Assembly: GCA_963743305.1 (NCBI GenBank)
Contig: CAVUPH010000035.1
Location: 1 to 44,956 of the forward strand
Origin: an uncultured delta proteobacterium
GTDB taxonomy: Bacteria; Desulfobacterota; RBG-13-43-22
DNA: 44,956 bases
Direction: 5' to 3'
Positions 39,564-44,956 of this stretch are shown here, in pieces. The stretch's first letter is position 1. Every line of letters begins with the position of its first letter. A program made the translations under genes and the position numbers. Below the pieces are notes generated by a model, which saw only the letters and a list, made by a program, of their open reading frames with translations, was not told where the DNA came from and did no database searches.

Positions 39564-40234
39564 AGATCTGCATACCCATCGGCGCATCCAGTACCGAAGT
39601 GGCGACCGAAAAGATCATTCGGGCTAATGACCTGGCGGACTTGCTGGAATTCCGCCTGGATCTATTGGATCTCACCCGTCTGGAAGAATTGCGGCGGGCT
39701 GCCGTCAGACCGGTGATCGCCACCTGCCGATCCAAAAAGCAGGGGGGGCAGGGGCCGGACGACGGCGAGATACAAGCTCGGGCTTTACGCCGGGCCAGGG
39801 AAGCCGGGGCCGATTTGATGGACCTGGAGTACGATCTGGCCCCTCGAATTCGGGAGGACTTGCTGAGGGTCTTTGGATCGGAGCGGGTTGTTCTTTCCAA
39901 CCATCTGCTCACCGGGACCCCGTCCTGGAGATCCCTGCAGGACCTGCTGAAACGAATGGCGGCTGTCGGGTCCTCCCTGGTCAAGATCGTCACCCGGGCG
40001 GAAACGATTGAAGACAATCTCCGGGTGCTCCGATTGATTCCTGAGGCCTTAGGGATGGGCCTGGGGATTATCGCCTTCTGCCTTGGCCCCCTGGGACGAA
40101 TCAGCCGGATCGCCTCTCCGTTGCTGGGAGGCTATCTGACCTTCGCCTCCCTGGAAACCGGGGAGGAATCCGCCCCGGGTCAGATTCCGGCCGGGGAGAT
40201 GAGAAGGGTGCTAACATTATTGAGTTCAGAATGA
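39560..40234 (+). CDS. aroD: Type I 3-dehydroquinate dehydratase
   Basis: EFRLD, IATCR...QGG, SRI, APGQ; probable TTG start. Confidence 0.88.
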   Translation: MKICIPIGASSTEVATEKIIRANDLADLLEFRLDLLDLTRLEELRRAAVRPVIATCRSKKQGGQGPDDGEIQARALRRAREAGADLMDLEYDLAPRIREDLLRVFGSERVVLSNHLLTGTPSWRSLQDLLKRMAAVGSSLVKIVTRAETIEDNLRVLRLIPEALGMGLGIIAFCLGPLGRISRIASPLLGGYLTFASLETGEESAPGQIPAGEMRRVLTLLSSE

Positions 40235-40274
40235 TTTCAAAGTTCTCTGAAACTATACAAGAGGTAGAAGCGTT

Positions 40275-41108
40275 ATGCAGGTAGCTCCCATGATTGACCG
40301 AAAAACACAAATCTATGGCATCATCGGATACCCCTTGGGACATACCTTGAGTCCGGCAATGCACAATGCCGCCTTCAGAGCCACCGGCCTCAACGCCGTT
40401 TACCTTTCCTTTGAGACCCGGGACCTTTCCGGGGCCCTGGCCGGGGTGCGAGCTCTGGGAATTCAGGGAATGAGCGTTACCCTTCCCCATAAAACAGCCG
40501 TAATTTCTTTGCTGGACGGGGTGGATGACCTGGCCAAAAAGATCGGGGCCGTCAATACCATCATCAATAAAGAAGGACGGCTGATCGGAACCAACACGGA
40601 TGCCTTGGGCGCTTTCAGGGCCTTGGAAGAAAAAACGAAACTCAACGGGAAGACCGGTATTCTTGTCGGCGCCGGCGGCGCGGCCCGGGCCATCGGTTAT
40701 CTGTTAAAGGAACAGGGGGTGCGCCTGACCCTTTCCAACCGTTCCCGGGAGAGGGGAGAGGCATTGGCCGATTTCTTGAATTGCCCTTTTCTGCCCCTGG
40801 AGGAAATTGGAAAAGCGGAGTCCGACCTGCTGGTTCAGACCACACCGGTCGGGATGGCTCCCCATGAGGATCGATGCCTTTTAGAACCCGAAAACCTGAA
40901 AAAAGGGATGATCGTCATGGATGTGATTTACAACCCCCTGGAGACCCGCCTTATCCGAATGGCCCGGGAGAGGGGCAGTACGCCCATCAACGGATTAAGC
41001 ATGTTTATCCATCAGGGTGCGGAGCAGTTCCGGCAATGGACCGGTCTTCATCCCCCACTTTCGGAAATGACCGAAGCGGTTAAAGCGGGCCTGAGGGAAT
41101 TCCTGTGA
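40275..41108 (+). CDS. aroE: Shikimate dehydrogenase
   Basis: LSPAMHN, SVTLPHK, GAVNT, NTD, GAGGAA. Confidence 0.94.
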   Translation: MQVAPMIDRKTQIYGIIGYPLGHTLSPAMHNAAFRATGLNAVYLSFETRDLSGALAGVRALGIQGMSVTLPHKTAVISLLDGVDDLAKKIGAVNTIINKEGRLIGTNTDALGAFRALEEKTKLNGKTGILVGAGGAARAIGYLLKEQGVRLTLSNRSRERGEALADFLNCPFLPLEEIGKAESDLLVQTTPVGMAPHEDRCLLEPENLKKGMIVMDVIYNPLETRLIRMARERGSTPINGLSMFIHQGAEQFRQWTGLHPPLSEMTEAVKAGLREFL

Positions 41109-42370
41109 AAGAAGTTAAACCCCGAGAGACCATCGCTGCCACTGTATCCATCCCCGGGTCCAAGAGCCTCAGCCACCGGGCCTTGATCGCCGCCGCCCTG
41201 GCGTCCGGCGAGAGTCGGCTCACCAACTTGCTGGAATGTGAGGATACGGTCTATACTCTCAAGGCTTTGCAGGGTTTGGGAATAGATATACTAAACGACA
41301 ACAGAATGACGATCATCGCTGGAAAGGCAGGGCGGTTCCCTGTTCAATCCGGAAGCAGAACGTTGCATCTGGGAAATTCGGGGACTTCCCTGCGTCTTTT
41401 GCTTTCTACGGCGGCCCTGGCCCGGGGCGAGACGATCCTGACCGGCTCTTCGCGCCTGCAGGAAAGGCCTGTCGGTGAGCTGGTCAAGGCCTTGCGCGAG
41501 CTGGGAGTGGAAGACATCTCGGCCGGTGGAGACGAATTCCCGCCGGTACGCGTCCGTTCCGTAGGAATCAAGGGGGGGAAGACCCGGTTGACCGGCCGGG
41601 AAAGCAGTCAGTATCTTTCCTCGCTGCTGCTGGCGGCCCCCTACGCCGAAGAGGACGTGGAGATCGAGGTGGACGGGTCGATCGTTTCCAGTCCCTACGT
41701 GGACCTGACCGTGGAAGTGATGGGCCGTTTTGGGGTGGAGGTCCGTCGGGAGGGGTATAGCCGATTTGAGGTCTCGGCGGGACCGGGCTACCAGCCCGTA
41801 GACTACCAAGTGGAAGGGGATGCCTCCAGCGCTTCGTATTTCTGGTCGGCCGCCGCCGTCACCGGCGGCACCGTGGCTACGGAAAACGTATTCCCACAAA
41901 GCTCCCGGCAGGGTGATATGTCCTTTCTGGATCTTCTGGAAAAAATGGGGGCTGTCGTCAGGAAGGAAGCCCGCCGGGCGGTCGTCAAGGGGCGGGCGCT
42001 GGCGGGCATCGAAGCGGATATGAGCGCCCTGCCGGACATGGTGCCGACACTGGCCGCCCTGGCCTTGTTCGCCCAGGGGAAGACGATTATTCGCAACGTG
42101 GCGCATCTGCGGCTCAAGGAGAGCGACCGTCTTCATGGCCTCTGGGAGGAATGGACTCGTCTGGGGGCTCGGATCGAAGAGCTGCCCGACGGATTGACTA
42201 TTGAAGGTTCCGTACCGCTAACCGGCACGCTGTGCGACCCCCACAACGACCATCGCCTGGCCATGAGCCTGGCCGTCATCGGCTTGCGGGTCCCGGGGAT
42301 CCGGATCCGTCAGGCCGAATGCGTCAACAAATCTTTTCCTTTGTTTTGGGATTATTGGGATCGGTTATAA
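41105..42370 (+). CDS. aroA: EPSP synthase
   Basis: PGSKS, GNSGT, SSQYLS, KESDR, DHR, KSFP. Confidence 0.96.
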   Translation: MKEVKPRETIAATVSIPGSKSLSHRALIAAALASGESRLTNLLECEDTVYTLKALQGLGIDILNDNRMTIIAGKAGRFPVQSGSRTLHLGNSGTSLRLLLSTAALARGETILTGSSRLQERPVGELVKALRELGVEDISAGGDEFPPVRVRSVGIKGGKTRLTGRESSQYLSSLLLAAPYAEEDVEIEVDGSIVSSPYVDLTVEVMGRFGVEVRREGYSRFEVSAGPGYQPVDYQVEGDASSASYFWSAAAVTGGTVATENVFPQSSRQGDMSFLDLLEKMGAVVRKEARRAVVKGRALAGIEADMSALPDMVPTLAALALFAQGKTIIRNVAHLRLKESDRLHGLWEEWTRLGARIEELPDGLTIEGSVPLTGTLCDPHNDHRLAMSLAVIGLRVPGIRIRQAECVNKSFPLFWDYWDRL

Positions 42371-42465
42371 TTCCGATAAAAACATCGGAAGAGAATATGG
42401 AGGTTGATGAAGCGACGGTTAGAAAGAGAGTTGGAAAATGATTTGTTTGAAGCTCGATTTTGACT

Positions 42466-42480
42466 TCACCTACTACTCTT
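42466..42480 (+). repeat. 15-bp direct repeat, left copy
   Basis: TCACCTACTACTCTT, identical at 43819-43833. Confidence 0.7.
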
Positions 42481-42586
42481 CCAAGACAATGGCATTGGAA
42501 ACCATTGATTAGCGATTGAAATCTTGGGATTAGAGGCTCAATTTATTATTATCGCCTCCGCACTTTGAACTGACAGTAGCTGCGCA

Positions 42587-43771
42587 TTACCACGGTAGGC
42601 CGTCTACGTAGCACCGCACCGGAAAATTGTTAAAAATAGCTGCAAAGCATTTGTTACAAGAGATGCAAGAGGCTTTTTCGACCTTGCCTTTCCGCAGGCG
42701 TTTGACTAAAAAAGGTTCTCGTATCAACGGGCGTGACATGGAAATAAAATCTGCCTCCCCATTACTTACAACCTCCTCCATCTCTTTCAAATTTCGGACC
42801 GCCCCCACAAGCATTAACGGGACATCCCCCAGAAAGGGCTTAATAATACTTGCTGCAGGTAAATGGTACAATGGCTGAAAGCGGCAGGGATCAATTTGCT
42901 TTTTGAAGACTATTTTAGCCACGGGCCTCATCCACATCGGTAGACCCCGGGCCAGATCGTTTATAGGGATCCCTCCTCGAACCGTATGAAAAGTGTACCA
43001 AGTCCCGCTTGATATTTCTAGAGCCGAGATCCCCAGTTCTTTTAACCAGCCGGCATAGCGGGCGGCAAGCTCTGGGGTGATGCCCGGCTTAGGAGTGAAG
43101 TCAGAGGTGTTTAGCTTGACCAGGATAGGAAATTCCCCCCCCACTTCGGCTTTGATGGCCAGGATGATCTCCTTAACAATTCGGAACATTTTTTCCGGTG
43201 ATCCACCCCACTGGTCCTGGCGACGGTTGAAAAAGGGGGATAGGAACTCGTTGAGAAGATAACCGTGAGCGCAATGAATCTGGAGCCCATCCGCACCTGC
43301 CTCCAATACACGTCGAGCGGCTCGTGCAAAGGCCCTAATGATCTCTTGGATGTCCTCCTCTGAGGCTGCCTTGGCCTTGTTCATGCTTACCGGGTCGCGG
43401 CCAAAAGAACTGGGGGCCAGTGGCGGTTGGCCAATAACCTTCTTGGGGCTCTGACGGCCTCCGTGGGCCAACTGAAAGGCGATGCGCCCGCCTTCCTCGT
43501 GAACCACCTCGACGATTTTCCTTAATCCGGGCACCAACTTGTCATGGTGTATTCCGGTCTGTCTTCCGATGGCCTTGCCTCTGGGGTGAATGTATAGATA
43601 ACCGGGGATGATTAGGCCCACTTCGCCTCTAGCCAGATTGCGGTAGCGGTTGACAAGTTCGTCCGTGACTTCCCCATCGGTTCCGGCCATGCACTCGTAA
43701 GTGGCCGAATGTACAAAGCGGTTTCTTACTTCTATCGGTCCTATGCGGTAAGGTTCAAAGAGCAGGGACAT
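42587..43771 (-). CDS. NADH:flavin oxidoreductase (old yellow enzyme family)
   Basis: RNRFVHSAT, QLAHGGRQ, HCAHGYLL, RQDQWGG, CISCNKC; start taken at MSLLFEP. Confidence 0.9.
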   Translation of the reverse strand: MSLLFEPYRIGPIEVRNRFVHSATYECMAGTDGEVTDELVNRYRNLARGEVGLIIPGYLYIHPRGKAIGRQTGIHHDKLVPGLRKIVEVVHEEGGRIAFQLAHGGRQSPKKVIGQPPLAPSSFGRDPVSMNKAKAASEEDIQEIIRAFARAARRVLEAGADGLQIHCAHGYLLNEFLSPFFNRRQDQWGGSPEKMFRIVKEIILAIKAEVGGEFPILVKLNTSDFTPKPGITPELAARYAGWLKELGISALEISSGTWYTFHTVRGGIPINDLARGLPMWMRPVAKIVFKKQIDPCRFQPLYHLPAASIIKPFLGDVPLMLVGAVRNLKEMEEVVSNGEADFISMSRPLIREPFLVKRLRKGKVEKASCISCNKCFAAIFNNFPVRCYVDGLPW

Positions 43772-43818
43772 AATCGCAGCTCCTCTATGTTTCCAATATT
43801 TTGGCCTTATAAGTGATG

Positions 43819-43833
43819 TCACCTACTACTCTT
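43819..43833 (+). repeat. 15-bp direct repeat, right copy
   Basis: TCACCTACTACTCTT. Confidence 0.7.
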
Positions 43834-43878
43834 GTATTGGAACTTGACTAGAGGTGAATGATTACGGGTTGAAAGTTA

Positions 43879-44022
43879 TTAATGCGGCGTCGACCCGTGG
43901 CCCGTAGCTCGCGGGGGCCGAAGGCCCATGCGAGCAAGAGACATCGGTGTCCAATGGCCTGGTTGGCGCAGCCGTAGGCGGAGCCAGCCGGGCCATGGAC
44001 CCGGTAGGGACAACGCCGCATT
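43879..44022. repeat. Structured array-terminal module, copy B
   Basis: Outer inverted repeat AATGCGGCGTCGACCC / GGGACAACGCCGCATT (14/16) enclosing two hairpins; homologous to 4460-4586. Confidence 0.8.
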
Positions 44023-44039
44023 GGCGATGCCGTAGGCGG

Positions 44040-44126
44040 CGCCAACGTCGCAAATAAGGCGCTGGGCCTTCCACGTTACATAAACCGCAGAGTTATAACC
44101 CCGTCGCCTTGATTTGATTGTTATGT
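44040..44126 (-). mobile_element. Integron attC site (87 bp)
   Basis: Minus strand ACATAAC-aat-CAAATCAAGGCG...CGCCTTATTTG-cgac-GTTGGCG; extrahelical C; the ORF stop TAA lies inside R''. Confidence 0.85.
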
Positions 44127-44810
44127 GATTTTGTCATGGATACAACTGATAGATGGTTCATCCTTCATCACCTGTAATGGGAATGCCTCTTGTTGCCTCA
44201 AGACGTAGAACTCCCATTCCTTCTTGAATCCGTCACCAGTTGGGGGAGACTTGTACACCTCGTTGAAGTCGGAAGCCATAAGATCTAAGTAATCTATGCC
44301 TGCCGTTTGATAATACTGGGTAGCCGTTGCTAGCCGCGTAGAGTCAGAACCTTCTGGAACGGCAAAGGCAACAAAGTATTTGGCGGAGATCGGACCCAAA
44401 TAGCCTTGGTGGTTCAGGTGTGATGACCGATAAAGGACGATCTTTTGAATAAGCGCCTCCGGATATTTTGTGAGCCATCGCCTGGCATGGAGCTTTAGTG
44501 GATTGATGTCAAGACTCTTAAAGATCTCCGAATTACCTTCACTAATGATTTCAGACGACGATGGCATGGTGGGCTGTGCACATGTTTTCGGTAGTTGGCC
44601 TTTCAATGATTCAATTCGCTCCTTCAACGAGGAATTTTCAGAGGTAAGCGCCTCAATCGTCCTTTTTGAATACCACCGTGCCAAAAGGTAACCGAAACCT
44701 CCTACGACAACAGCACAGATCGCAAATGAAAAAGGTGCGCCTGAAATGAGTCCCCACTCCTTCTCAAATTGACTTATGACTGAGACTGGATCGAAGCCAC
44801 TCATTCCCAC
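44121..44810 (-). CDS. Hypothetical membrane-anchored protein; integron cassette gene
   Basis: GGGGAGG RBS and GTG start; one N-terminal TM then a short coiled coil; lower GC; bounded by attC cores. Confidence 0.7.
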   Translation of the reverse strand: MGMSGFDPVSVISQFEKEWGLISGAPFSFAICAVVVGGFGYLLARWYSKRTIEALTSENSSLKERIESLKGQLPKTCAQPTMPSSSEIISEGNSEIFKSLDINPLKLHARRWLTKYPEALIQKIVLYRSSHLNHQGYLGPISAKYFVAFAVPEGSDSTRLATATQYYQTAGIDYLDLMASDFNEVYKSPPTGDGFKKEWEFYVLRQQEAFPLQVMKDEPSISCIHDKIT

Positions 44811-44905
44811 CCTCCCCAGGTGTTCCGCATTTTGAAGTAGAGGGAAGCCGGTGCGGATACGTTTTTAGGGAGCTGCCCTATCCCCCATGCCCGATGTTCA
44901 GAGAC

Positions 44906-44956
44906 ACATAACGTGCTCTTCAGCAGGAGCCCGCGGCTTTTTGCGGTCTACTAGAC
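44906..44956 (-). mobile_element. Partial attC (R'/L' half) at the window edge
   Basis: Minus strand ...GCTGAAGAGCAC-GTTATGTG; GTTATGTG is complementary to CACATAAC at the other end of the same cassette. Confidence 0.6.

Noticed and set aside
42397-42441. MEVDEATVRKRVGK as an HTH regulator remnant
   Set aside because: Too short to support.
1-44956. tRNA, rRNA, CRISPR array, integron integrase, and the many antisense ORFs in the track
   Set aside because: No such RNA genes, arrays or tyrosine recombinase seen; antisense ORFs are shadows of GC-rich genes.

Overview
GC-rich bacterial chromosome segment. Gene content (PxxKW protein, pilB-pilC-pilS, xseAB-ispA-dxs-tlyA) suggests Desulfobacterota; this is an inference. 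Many housekeeping genes carry single-base frameshifts, probably long-read errors. Left to right: a Pho-box-flanked porin/pstSCAB locus; an integrase-less integron cassette array (DUF4145/HEPN cassette plus an AIPR cassette cut by an IS21 element); core genes; a type IV pilus block; a complete divergent trpEGDCFBA / aroK-aroC-aroF-aroB-pheA-tyrA-aroD-aroE-aroA cluster; a flavin oxidoreductase between 15-bp direct repeats; and a second cassette array running off the right edge. Two signals are missed by the ORF track. (1) The trp/aro control region is mirror-symmetric: two sigma70 promoters form a 24-bp inverted repeat, each followed by a 24-aa leader peptide (WWWW versus FYYFYYW) and related terminators, and a third Tyr/Trp/Phe-rich attenuator lies inside the aro operon. 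(2) A conserved ~130-145-bp folded, attC-like module caps both cassette arrays, 39 kb apart. All calls were made by eye without database searches.
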